A DNA stretch of 64,000 nucleotides. It comes from Sarea resinae (taxonomy: Eukaryota). The notes beneath the pieces are model-generated. The model did no database searches. It was not told the DNA's origin and was given only the letters and a program-made list of their open reading frames with translations. The translations under genes were made by a program, and so were the position numbers. The DNA lies in contig JAPEUD010000049.1 of assembly GCA_026026165.1 (NCBI GenBank), positions 124,001-188,000 of the forward strand, in the 5' to 3' direction. The first letter of the stretch is position 1; each line of letters opens with the position of its first letter. Positions 1-12,195 of the stretch are shown here, in pieces.

Positions 1-74
1 TCCGAAAGCGGCTGCGGCGGCGGAGGAGGCCTTCGACCTTGCGAAGCCGATGTGCGTGGCGGAATGGATGCCAT
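1..74 (-). CDS. Possible 5' end of a gene running off the left edge (MASIPPRTSASQGRRPPPPPQPLS...)
   Basis: ATG at 74 (minus) opens a frame that stays open to the window edge, divergent from the Tfc6-like gene. Only 24 codons are visible and there is no recognisable motif. Confidence 0.25.
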   Translation of the reverse strand, partial: MASIPPRTSASQGRRPPPPPQPLS

Positions 75-445
75 CACATCAGATGAGTGGAAGACGGCCT
101 TGTGGGAATTGGAGTTGCTGTCGTTGACGTACTCATCCGAGTCGAGAAGGATTCATGGCATAGCGGAGGGCCATGAACGAACAGCAAGCAGAGAGCAGCC
201 AGGTGAGTCCGTTGTCTGTTGATCGTCCGATAGATCCATTGGGATGCGCCAGTGATCAGCGACGGCCGAGGCCGAGGGAGGCGGCTATCCGTTTAAGCGA
301 GGCGAGCCGCCTAATCGATAAGTTCCTCGATCCGGCACGAACGCTGGCAGATCACAGAACAACACCAAAGATGCTGCAGTAAGCAAGAGGCATTCTGCAT
401 TCTGGTGAATCACTTCAAGTAGCATCAACACCATCATGCCGTCCA

Positions 446-2662
446 ATGGAAGCAGCAACACCAACACGATCAACCCGCCCGAGGCCTCGGCAAAAGTATA
501 CCGATGACCCTTTCGAGGCGCTGGAGATCTTGAGCGATGATTCCCGAGGTCAAGAAGACATACCGCAAGTAGACTCCGAGGAGGATGATGAATTCACGCC
601 GCAGGCCAATCCTCGAGTCCCCTCCGGTCCCAATCTCCTGGACTCTGAGGATGAAGACGCCGAAGGAGGGACGCCGAGAGCGACTGCATCAGCAGTAAAG
701 AGGCGACGCTTGGGTACACCCCAAGCTGTCAAAGCCATCGGAACTCCTGGCACTCCTGAGACTCCTTCTCGGGCCGCATCCCATGGCTTTACTGCCCCTC
801 CAAGCACTAGCCAAAGGTTCTTCAGCCGTGGTGTGCCAGAGCTCGCAAGGCACGCTGGGAAAAAGGACCACTTTACTTCTCTCTTCGGGAGTGGGGCAGA
901 GGACTTAGCCAGCATCATCTCTGCCAGAGACAAATGGAGCAATGGACCGACACTGCCGCAAAGAGAAAAGGACAAGTATGGCTTTGGTGGTCTCGGCTAT
1001 AGCTTTTTCTACACGGAAGACCAAAGAAAGCAAGAAGCGTCAAAAGGATGGAATTGGTACTATGAACAAGGCGGGAGGCAAGCTTTCGAGGAGGATCAGC
1101 GAATGGAAACCTTGGCTACCGCCGACGGAGAAAAGTATTTGCCACGATCCTCTAACAGTGATCGCAAATTCTTGATGGGGCCCTATGGAAAGCAGCGGAT
1201 GTTCAATCTGCCAGTGAATTCTCACATGGACATCGAAGCCGGCTGGAGACCCGCGAGCCAAGCATGCGATGACGGGGTCGGCAATGGGACAGCAAACGAA
1301 ATCCGGCGGCCCGGTTGGATCCTGAATGTTGGCTGCAAGGTCCAGTGTATGGATTGGGCTCCCAATCAAGGCGGAGAGCTTCAATTCCTAGCAATATCAA
1401 CTTTCGCAACAAAGAAAACAGCCGCTGAAGAAGCCATGCCTGTTCCGGGCCTTGGAGAGCCCGTCGTTGCCCCGGCATTTGCTCCCTCACGTCCATCGAC
1501 CGCCTCGATTCAAATCTGGCGATTCTCATCTTTACCAAATGGGAAGCCATCTATGGATCCAGAACAGTCCCCCAAACTGCAAATGGTCATTTGCACTGAC
1601 TGGGGTGGTGTGAAGCAATTCAGATGGTGTCCTACTCTGAGGGAGACGCGAGAAACTGAGCAAGAGGGTTTCATCAATTTGGGATTACTTGCAGGAGTGT
1701 GGGCAGACGGCAGAGTTCGAGTCCTTGATGTTCGGTGTCCAATTGACCCAGCAGCAGCACCACATTACCGTTAGTCAATTATCTGTGTGCTTTGAGAAAA
1801 TCATACTAAAAAGCTTGTAGTCCATGTCACCAATGTCGCCTTCGAGGCAAGGCCCCCGGACGCCATCTGCACATGCGTCGACTGGATCTCAAGCAGTGAT
1901 TTAGCTGTCGGCTGTGCGAACGGCTTCGTGGCTATCTGGAGCTTCGTCGCACATCTCACTTCGCGGCCCTCCAAACCCGCCTTTTCACCTGTTCCATGGT
2001 ATTACGAGCCTCATCACGAAACGTACATCCTCTCCATCGCCTCCAGCGCGCCCTCTCGCCCTCATCTCATCATGACCTCTTCCATGGACGGCTACATTAG
2101 GCTGTCTTCCCTCCGCGCCCCGGCAGCTGACACCGTCCTCTCAACGCGCTGCCGACTCGGCACCACAACGCTGGCCTGGTCAGACCACATGCAGGCCCTG
2201 CTCGCTGCCGAAGAGAGCAACACGATCCGCTCGTACGCCCTTCGGCGCTTCTTCTCCTCCGCTTCGGTCGCGCGTCAGAACGCCCTCGTGCTCTCTCTCG
2301 CCACCGCTGCCACGCATCCCATGTTTCTCGCGGGCGGCGCCGACGGCTCCGTCTTGGCTAGCAACCCAATCCGCAAGGTCCTGAACCCCAAGAGCACGCA
2401 GTACCAGCAGTATTGGTTCAAGCACGAGTGGACTCGGCATGGCGACAAAGGAGGGAATGGCATCAGTCGTTTCTTGGAAGGTTTCAAGCTCGAGAGTGCG
2501 GTCCTGCTCAAGAGTCAGGAGGGCTCGGCGTACGCCACCATCTTCGAGGAGGAGACTGGCGTCTCGGCCGTGGCTTGGAATCCGAATCTGCGCTGCGGGA
2601 GTTGGGCGGCTGCTGGTATGGGGAGCGGACTTGTGCGCGTAGAAGATCTAGCTGTGGGTTGA
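446..2662 (+). CDS. TFC6: TFIIIC subunit Tfc6/tau91-like WD40 protein; 2 exons, intron ~1770-1820
   Basis: ORFs 446-1774 and 1928-2662 are joined by a GTTAGT...CTAAA...TAG intron. Acidic, disordered N-terminus; WD-like blades GWILNVGCKVQCMDWAPN and the C-terminal VAWNPNLRCGSWAAAGMGSGLVRVEDL. Confidence 0.75.
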
Positions 2663-3298
2663 TTGGTGATCGATCTGTTGATCTCTTGAAATCATCAGTA
2701 TCCTAAAGCCTCGATATTCTCCATTCGATTATTACAGGACTGGGAGACAGGTCTTTACTCAACGCACAAAGCAATGATACCATCCCTTTTGACGTTCGGT
2801 TGATACGGAGGTGGTGAAAGAGCAGGAACAGAGAGAAGCCCAAGTGCTGTTCCTCGGGTAATCATTTTGGGCTCAGTCTTTCCATTGCCGTGCATACTTT
2901 TACTCCCTACCTATCATGGCGGGGCCTGGTATTTGGTTGTAAGGGCTTCAAGTCATTCAAATTCGATCCGGAAGATGGGAGCCAATTCCTTTCCCACAGG
3001 ACTACACTGATACTCCACCAATAGAGGATCGTCTCAGACAGAATTGAAAGATTCGTTTCCATTGTTCGACCTACAGAAGGTCAAAGTTGTTTAATTGAGA
3101 GGATTTACACAATACTGAGAGAACTGTTCAGGGAATAGCTAAGGAATAATTAATGATACAGCTAAGGATGACTAGAGGAAGGCATAAGGTAAAGCATAGC
3201 TAAAGAGCAAGAGGGGTATCAAGGTACAGAAGAGCGCGTCGCCAATAACAATCGAAAGCCAACACCGATATGATCGCCAAGATCTACCCAAAACCAGC

Positions 3299-4304
3299 CT
3301 ATGTCCTGAAGCCAAAGCAAGTTGTGAGGCAACCAAAGATGCAGGCGAACAAGCATCCACTGCCAGCGATATCAACGTCAAGTGGTGGAGGGATACCGCC
3401 GCCGGAATGCTTTCCAACTTTGAAGAAGGCCGAGGCCGTTTTCAATCCCGCTCGCACGCGGGTAGGAATTCCTTCGATCCAATTGCCCAAATCGTGTAGG
3501 AAGAGACGGCAGGTGGTGAGTTGGGAAGGCTCGGTGGTGAGGTTAGGTGGCTCCATGGCGAGAGTAGGTGGTTCAGTGGAGACAGGAGGAGCCTCAATGG
3601 CGAGATAGGGGAGCTCGGTGGTGAGATTGGGTGGCTCGGTTGGTGACGGGTGCTCACTGCCGGCGACTTGAACTTCTGTTGAAGGAGTAATACCCTCATC
3701 CGAATGTTTCCCGAATTTGAACAAGGCCGAGGCTGATTTCAGTCCGGTTCCCATCCGAGTGGGGATTTTCTTCACCCACCCGCCGAGCTTGTGCCCGAAT
3801 GAGGACGACTTGTCTGCGTAAACGATATGTCAAACCTAATCACAGGCACCAAGATTGACATGGACTCACATGCGTCATCCTTGGAATATTTCCTATACTC
3901 GATCTCGATAGCTTGATCCGTCTCGGTGGGATCTCGTTCGTCAAAGAGAGGATCAAATGTTGCTATTCGGACACCCTGAGTCAGAAGTCTCTAGAATAGT
4001 AGGGGAAAGGGTACCCACGATCATTCCGGTGATCATATACGGCCACAATAAGTGCCTTCACCTGGGGGGGAGAGTGTCTTTCAAGGCTGGCATTCTGGAG
4101 CAATGTGAATACGTTCTTTCCAGTTGCTTTCCAGTCCTTGGTAGGAGGATGAATCCCTTCAGGCCTCGGACCACGTGGTTTGCGCATGATCTGTCCTCGA
4201 TTCCAAATCGGGACGACCGCCATGGCGCGGCGTTGAGTTCTGGGAGTACAGGGGAAGAGGAGCCTGAAGCCCGGACGAAACTCGTTACTGTTGATGTTGA
4301 GCAT
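3299..4304 (-). CDS. Orphan hypothetical protein (~297 aa, 3 exons: 4304-4019, 3962-3870, 3813-3299) with internal repeats
   Basis: Two canonical introns (GTGGGT..CTGAC..TAG and GTGAGT..TTGAC..CAG) join ORFs 3981-4304 and 3299-3775 into one 894-nt open frame. No family recognised. Confidence 0.6.
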
Positions 4305-6048
4305 CTTGACGACGAGGTTCGTTAGCGCGGGTTGCTGAATGGGGTGTGAGTGTTTGATACGTTGAGTCTTTGAAAAGAGAAATTATGAGCTTTTTGTTCT
4401 TTCTTCGAAGCGTTTTTGAGAAGTGTTCGAAGCGTTTGTGCTCTGGAAGCATTCAAAGAGTCTGTGTTTGTATGAAGAAGAAGAGAGAAAAAGAACTGGG
4501 GACGCGTCCGGCGCGGCAGTATTTATGACTGATGGCGAGGGCGCTAAGATTCACAACCGAGCTCAAGCATCCTGTTTTGAGACGTGTTTGACAAATCCGA
4601 CGGATTGGGAATGTTATGAGCTTAATCACGGTGTCGCGGTATCATCCAAAGTGGTGGTTTGGACGTGGTGGATGAAGGTTTGGTCCTAAGGGGCGTGTCG
4701 ACGTAAACATCACCAGCGTTGGCGAATCGGCGACGTGGTGTTGGTCTGCGAGCGAGAACTAGACCATCAAATCTGGAAGCTTCGATGCAATTTCGCGAGC
4801 ATTGGGAAAGAGGAGCAGCGGGGAAGCGATCAGACATGTCGGATATGCTGGAATGGGGAGTCACATCTCTCTGTTCTACTGTTTCCCATCATGGCACAAT
4901 GGGATGCTCGCCGTCGCGAACTGCGATGGCAAGGGCCATCACGCCAATAAAAGGGTGCTTGGATTTTGCGCATTGGCACTATCGCACTGGGAAGCGCTCA
5001 ATGGCACTTCCTACCGGCCTCTCGAAATATGTCAATGCTAAATCTGGAAAACTCCAATATCATCGCATGGTCCGAACCCCCCTACCAGAGGACGAAAAAG
5101 GGGGTGTTCATTTCTCCCAGCCTGTTCGATTGTCCCGACCATTCAGCTCCGCGCGCCCTACAAATACACGAAACAGACATACCAAGACCAGACGAGAAGG
5201 GGAAAAAAAATAATGCATTGACTTGACGTTCTGTTCCGGATCATCAAGTCACCGCCCCGTGCGTATGGCCGCAACCCGAAAGTGCAGTCTACACGCGGGC
5301 GGAAGGAAGGAAGAGACTCGTTTCTTCCTCCAACGGCGTCTGTGCAGAGACATAGCTCCGCCAGTACGACGACGGCGGCAACTGCGTCATCCGAGGAAAG
5401 GAAAAAGGAAAAAGGAAAATGGGAATGGGGCGTTTGTTTGTAGAGATATCCGGTCCGATCCTGCTGTCGTCTGTACCGTACGGCGCCTTATGATAGACAT
5501 GTGTGAGGCCTGTTGAGTTAGGTGTTCGTATTCTTCTTCCTCTTTTTCTTTGTGATCGATGAGTTGGTCAGTCTGATGATCAACACAGTGAGTGAATCAG
5601 TGGGTTGGTGAGTGCGTGAGGGGAGATGGGGGGACTAAGAGAGGGATGGAGGGCAAATAGTCCGATGGCTATGCTATAGGGTCGTTTGAACTCTCTTGTT
5701 CCTGTCTTGCTCATACACATACACCTTCTCTCTTTTAATTTCTTTTATTTTATTTTTCAATCCCTCTGTCCATCTACTAAATCTATCCCTCTCTAGAGAG
5801 GTTTCAATCGAATCGAATCATATAGACCATATATATTACGTTGCAAGTATATATAGATCGGAGATCCTCTATTCACATGAAGGAAAAAAAAGCTCCCGGC
5901 TATATAACAAAAACCCCGTGATCTATTTCCACCTCGCCCGTTCTTTTCACGGAAATACATGGCACATCGCACGTAGCTCATAGCAGCAGCACATCGGGCC
6001 AAAGACAGAAAACCCTAGCCCGAAAAAAAGAAAAAAAGAAAGAGGTTC

Positions 6049-7771
6049 CTAAACGACGCTCGGGCCCGTGACCTTGAACAGATAGCTGCCACTGCCGGGC
6101 TTGCTGACGACGACGGCATCGGCCAGCTTGTCCTCGCTCATGCCGGGGAAGCGTTTGGCGTAGTAGCCCGTGCGCCAGGCCTCCTTGACGGCGTCGACGC
6201 GGTCGCGCGGCACCAGGTGGACGGAGCAGCCGCCCCAGCCGGCGCCGGTGAGGCGCGAGCCGTAGGCGCCGGCGTCGCGGGCCAGGCGGCACAGCTGGTC
6301 GATCTCCGCGCACGAGCACTGGTACAGGTCGCGGCACGAGTCCTGGGTCGCGTTGAGCAGGCCGCCGAGCGAGGCCAGCAGGGCGCGGCTCTCGGCTTCC
6401 GAGGTGGGTGCCGCCGAGGCCAGCGTGGCCATGAAGTCGAGCACGCGCCGCGCCTCGGTGAAGACGTGCAGGGCGCGCTGGCGCAGCAGGAAGCGCTCGG
6501 CGCGCACCGGCACCTTGGAGGTGAAGCGCGCGTTCAGGGCGTCGACGGAGATGCCGAGCACCGCGGCGATCTCTTCGCGCGTGTAGCCCTCTTCTTGCGT
6601 CAGCGTGTCTTTGGTGAGCTGGACGAGCGTGTCGAGCTGGGCCGCAAAGTCGGGCTCCGACGTCGCCGAGTTGTCCTTGATGCCCTTGACTTCTTCGAAG
6701 TAGGTGTCTTGGAAGCCGCGCAGGGAGACGCCGAGCGGCGACTGGTCCGTTGGCAGCGCGCGCTTGAGCCCGAGCGACTTGGCGAGGAATTCCGCCGCCA
6801 TGGAACACTCGACGACCCGCAAATTGTAGCACACGGGTGCGGTGACTTGCTTGTCGGATGTGATGAATGATTGCGCGATGACGAATGTGAGCTCGGGGTT
6901 GGTGGCTGGGAAGGAGACCGCTTTGGCGCTGAGGATGGGCTTGAAGGAGACGTACAGGGCGGAGCCGCGCATGGAGAAGACGGAGGCGGATTGATCCATC
7001 CTGAAAGTCGAAATTAGCTGCATGTGCCTGTGCCAAAAAGTGTGCTTACCCTCCAGAGTTGACACCAACGGCTCTTTCGGAGACGATGGCCAGCTCGCAC
7101 ACTTCCCGTTTGTCGACCACCTCTTGGCCATTCGACTTCATGACGGCCAGCGCACTTGCGCAGACGAATGCCGCACTGCTGGAAAGCCCACCGCCGCTGG
7201 GGACGGTGCCGTCAACGAGGATGTCCATGCTGGCTGGCACCAACTTCTCGCCCTTGGCCTGGAGCTTCTGGATCAGGAGCTTCAGGGCGCCGCGCAGGCC
7301 GGATTTGAAGTAGTTGGACCATTCGTGCTGGGTGGCGTCGATGTCGACCTCGCCGTCGGCCGTGAAGGTGAAGTCGCGAGCGGGGAATTTGGACGATTGC
7401 GTATTGGCGATTCGGATCCGGGGCTGGGCCGAGGCTTGGGTGGGGTGGACGGCGACGGCGAGGAGCAGATCTGCGGTGACGGCCATGGGCAGGACTTCGT
7501 ACAGCGAGTAGTCAATGTGCTGTATGACGGATCAGTGGGTTCATGCTTGGGAGAAGACCGGACGGGGTCAGCAAACCTCTCCGATGATGTTGACTCGGCC
7601 GGGACTTCGCGATACAAAGTCTGCTGAACGGCTGTATATCTCGTTGAACTTGGCCAGCAGAGATTCCCATCGTTGTCGCTGCACGGGCACCGCATCTTCG
7701 GGGTAGATGTCCTTGAGGGAGGTGGCGGTGGGGACCGCCATGGGGATGCCATTGACCGTTTCGAGAGCCAT
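6049..7771 (-). CDS. GAL1: Galactokinase (GHMP kinase); exons 7771-7577, 7519-7050, 7000-6049
   Basis: Motifs SPGRVNIIGE|HIDY, PSGGGLSSSAA (GHMP motif II), SGGMDQ and GSRLTGAGWGG, joined across GT-AG introns. Confidence 0.96.
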
Positions 7772-9854
7772 TTTGGGTGGTGGTGATGTGATGGGTGGTG
7801 GGGTTGAGAAGCGGAGATGGGTTTGGAGGGGTAGCAGCTAGGGCAGTGTTTGCAATCCAGCTACCGTATATGATTTGGAGGTCACGGCTCTCAAGATGAA
7901 GACGAAGACGAAGACGAAGTTGAAGTTGAAGGTGAAGATGGCTTGATTCTCACGACTTCTACCGGGCTCAGCAAACATGATATACGACTGGCGTGGCCAG
8001 AGGGGATGCTCGCATCGCGTGTTCGTTGGCCCCGCGGCCGTTAGCTCTGGTGCTCTGGCCATGGCATCGCAGGCAGCCTGGGCACGCCTGCAACGTTGCG
8101 CTGCGTTGCGTTACTTTCACTTGCACTTGGGACGTTGTATGAGCACTTTTTCGAGCAGCGCAGTAGCAAGTACGAAGTACCTTACTCAGCACCCGCGAGT
8201 CGGCGTACGTACATCGTAGTAGTACTCGGTGGCTGTCGAATGCAGACAGCCTGAATCATTCAATGATTCATGCGTGGACGACACATGGATGGGGGGGATT
8301 GCCCCGCCATCAGGTCCCTTGCCCATATGGCAGTCGTATGAAGTACTCGGTCGAGGAGTGTCATCGATGGCAGGACGCGGATCATCAGTACGGAGTACAG
8401 AGCATGCCAGGGCCTGGTAGGGCATGGCGGGCATGGCAGGGTCCCTCATGCCAGCGTATGGCACGGTCTGCCAGGGTCCGGCGTGCCAGGATTCACGCCG
8501 CTTCTAAAGCCTCAATGGAAAGTTCGATCGCCACACTCTACCAGATGCCGTTGATGATCACTCGACAGGTGGAAAATCTTCGCGCTTAGCAGATGCAGCG
8601 GCGCAGATGGCCCACGAGCAACAACGGGTGATGTCGGTCGGCGTTTCGATTACGGGATATCAGGAGACGGAGCAGAGAGCGCCAGGCGTTCAGGCCAGAA
8701 GAGGTCAAGTCATGTGCGGCCGTAGTCTGACAGCTGAAGTTGCCACTATAGTAAGGGCAGAATGGGGCCGGAGGAAATATGGAGCAGAGACATTCTATGG
8801 TGGATGTACTCCGTATGGAGGTGCCGGAGAATCCGGGTCCGAGAACACGAGGGGTGGAGTGGAGAGGAGTGGAGAGGAGACGAGAGTCGGTCGGTCGGTA
8901 TGAGAGGTACGCCGAGCATGCTCTGCCTGGACGAGCACGGCCAGAGTGAGAAGGTGGAAATCCCACCGGTTCTCCAGTCTTCCCAGAGTGATGGGGAAGA
9001 TTGTTCAAGGAGACTTCATCTGCATAAGGTATATATAAAGATGTTCACGTCATGTTGATGATATTCGGTGTGTGCGTGTACCCGGAGTACTGCGGAGTAC
9101 GTATGTGTGTGTGGGCGGTCGCAGCTCTTCGAGCATCGTGACTTCCTACCTACTCCGGAGTACATCTTCTTGTACGGACTACTTCGTCCTCACGCCTCTT
9201 CGTTGCGTGACCTCAGGCAATCACAGTGGTCCTATGGATCCATCACTCGTCAAGTCTCAACGACGCGGGGAAAGCCGATCAGATAAACGGGGGGGAGAGA
9301 GTACGGAGTAGAGTACTACAGTAGTGGTGGGAGCGCTGGAGAGAACAGCCAAAAGAACTCCCTCCCTCATCAACACCGAAGATATAATTGGGCTGCCCCT
9401 TGGCCCCCCTCTCTCCATCAATGCCTACAGAGTACCTTGGAGTACTTCAGTTCTCCGTACGGAGTACTACTCGGAGTATGTATTGCGCAGTCCCAAGAGA
9501 AGACGCTTCTTCTCCAATGAGAGTGCAGATGATCCATTCTCTGGGGAAGCAAGAAGCAAGTACCTCGAGGCCGATGTTCGGAGGTGATCTACATCGACCG
9601 TGCTGGTATCGGTGTAAACGAAATTTCGAATGGCCGCTCTTCGCTTCTCGCCTCCGCAATCGACGGCCGTGTGTGAGCGTGTGAATCATCCCCGAATTGA
9701 AGACTCAAAGGAAGAAGAGTCACCATCATCTCTCGTCCCCCTCAAATCCCCCTCCCTTCCCCACATTGGCCAACAGCTGGATCAGAACGGGCAGCCCAGA
9801 GACTCTTCCCAATTGCCTCGTTGGCGTTCTTTGTCGTAGACGTCGCTGCTCACG

Positions 9855-12195
9855 ATGATTCGCATACAACCCGCCCGCAGTCTGCTGCGTTCCAGGTCGA
9901 TATGTCCACAGCCATCGCGACCGTTCTCGCAATCGGCAAAGGTGGCGGCTGTGTCCCCATATCGAGCGGTCCCCAGCACTTCTCCGGTCAAGGCGAAGAC
10001 GGAGACCATCAAGAGACCTCAGAGCACTGCAGCTGCACCCGCCCAGTACATCTACCCATCGCCCTCATGCCACCATCCCCCACATGCTGATAATCTCCGT
10101 GCATTCTAGAAACACGAGAGCGGTCCCCAGTCCCGCCTTCAACCAGGACCCCAAACGGAATGAGATTCACCCGTTACAAAATGTGCCCCGACCGCTTATG
10201 GATGACTCGTGCGTCGACCCTGCCGGCTTCTCTGAACCAACAAATTATATGATGGCTAACATTACTTGATTACAGCTTTGTGGGTCTCAATGGAGGAGAG
10301 GTCTTTCATGAGATGATGCTGAGACAAGGGGTCAAGCATGTCTGTACGTGAAAGCTAACATGCAGTGGTTGTTGAAATGTAGTCATCAGGCTAATAGATT
10401 GCAGTTGGCTACCCCGGTGGTGCCATTCTACCCGTTTTCGATGCCATCTACAACTCAAAACACTTCGAGTTCATCCTCTCGAGACACGAACAGGGCGCTG
10501 GGCATATGGCCGAAGGCTATGCTCGAGCGTCAGGTAAACCAGGTGTGGTCTTGGTAACCTCTGGTCCTGGCGCAACGAACGTCATCACTCCCATGCAGGA
10601 TGCTCTCTCCGATGGCACGCCCATGGTGGTGTTCTGCGGTCAGGTTCCGACGACGGCCATCGGCACCGATGCCTTCCAGGAGGCTGATGTAGTGGGAATC
10701 TCGAGAGCATGTACGAAATGGAACGTGATGGTCAAGAGTGTTGCCGAACTTCCCAAACGCATCAAAGAAGCCTTTGAGATCGCTACGAGTGGTCGACCTG
10801 GCCCTGTGTTGGTGGATCTGCCCAAGGACGTCACGGCTGGTATCCTCCGAAAGCCCATCCCAATGAGTAGCACCCTTCCAGCACACCCGAGCGCTGCGAC
10901 CCTTGCTGCTAGAGATTTGAGCAGGCGACAGCTTGATGGAGTCATCAAGCGTGTTGCGGAGCTTATTAATATTTCCAAGAAGCCCGTCATCTATGCTGGA
11001 CAAGGTGTAATTGCTCTTCCAGAGGGACCTCAGCTTCTCAAGGAGCTCTCGGACAAGGCCTTGATTCCTGTAACAACCACCTTACAAGGATTAGGAGGTT
11101 TCGACGAGCAAGATGACAAGGCCCTCAAGATGCTGGGTATGCATGGAGCCCCAGCCGCGAATATGGCCATACAAGAAGCGGATCTGATCATCGCACTCGG
11201 AGCACGATTCGATGATCGCGTGACTTTAAATGTTGCTAGGTTTGCACCTCAGGCCAAAGCCGCCGCCGCCGAGAAGCGAGGTGGCATTGTTCACTTCGAA
11301 GTGATGCCCAAGAACATCAACAAGGTCGTTCAGGCCACCGAGGCCGTAGAGGGTGATGTGGCTGCCAATTTGGCTCTGCTCATGCCTCTCGTCAATTCCA
11401 AGGCAGAACGGCCCGAGTGGTTCTCTCAGATCCAAGATTGGAAGAAGCGTTTCCCATTTGCGTTCGAAAAGGAAGTCCCGGGTGGCTTGATCAAGCCTCA
11501 AACCGTCATCGAGGAACTCGATCGACAGACGACGGCTATCAAGGATCGCACCGTAATCACAACAGGTGTCGGTCAGCATCAGATGTGGACAGCACAGCAC
11601 TTTCAATGGAGACATCCGCGAACGATGATTACCTCCGGAGGCCTCGGAACCATGGGTTTCGGCCTCCCTGCAGCAATCGGAGCCAAGGTTGCGCGCCCCG
11701 AAGCTCTTGTCGTGGATATCGATGGCGACGCCTCTTTCAACATGACCCTCACCGAGCTCTCAACCGCGGCGCAGTTCGACATCGGCGTGAAGGTCATTGT
11801 CTTGAACAACGAGGAACAGGGCATGGTCACGCAATGGCAGAGCTTATTCTACCAGGACCGCTTTGCGCATACGCATCAGAAGAATCCGGACTTTGTCTTG
11901 CTTTCCAGAGCCATGCATGTCCAGGCCGAGCGATGTCTCAAGCTGGAAGATCTGCCAGCGAAGATGGATTGGCTGCTGAACAGCGAGGGACCCGCCTTTT
12001 TGGAGGTGATTGTGGATAAGAAGGTACCCGTGCTACCCATGGTTCCCGCTGGAAGTGCTCTGCATGAGTTCATGGTGTATGATGAGGGTAAGCATTGATC
12101 CTGCCAATCCACCTGCGCACATTGCTAACAAGCTTTACGTTACAGCAAAGGAAAAGGAAAGGAGAGCGTTGATGAAGAAGAGATCTGGTCACTGA
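9855..12195 (+). CDS. ILV2: Acetolactate synthase catalytic subunit, mitochondrial precursor; about 5 exons
   Basis: Arg/Ser-rich presequence MIRIQPARSLLRSRS; FGYPGGAILP, RHEQGAGHMAEGYARASGKPG, TTGVGQHQMW; TPP-binding motif DIDGDASF...LNN. Introns near 10046-10108, 10209-10275, 10344-10403 and 12088-12145. Confidence 0.97.

Noticed and set aside
5978..7627. Long overlapping/antisense ORFs over GAL1 (352, 217 and 201 aa)
   Set aside because: Shadow frames caused by very high GC3; Arg/Ala/Gly-rich with no motifs.
6049..12195. GAL gene cluster or GAL1-ILV2 metabolic cluster
   Set aside because: No GAL7/GAL10 or other ILV/LEU genes in the window; the two pathways are unrelated.
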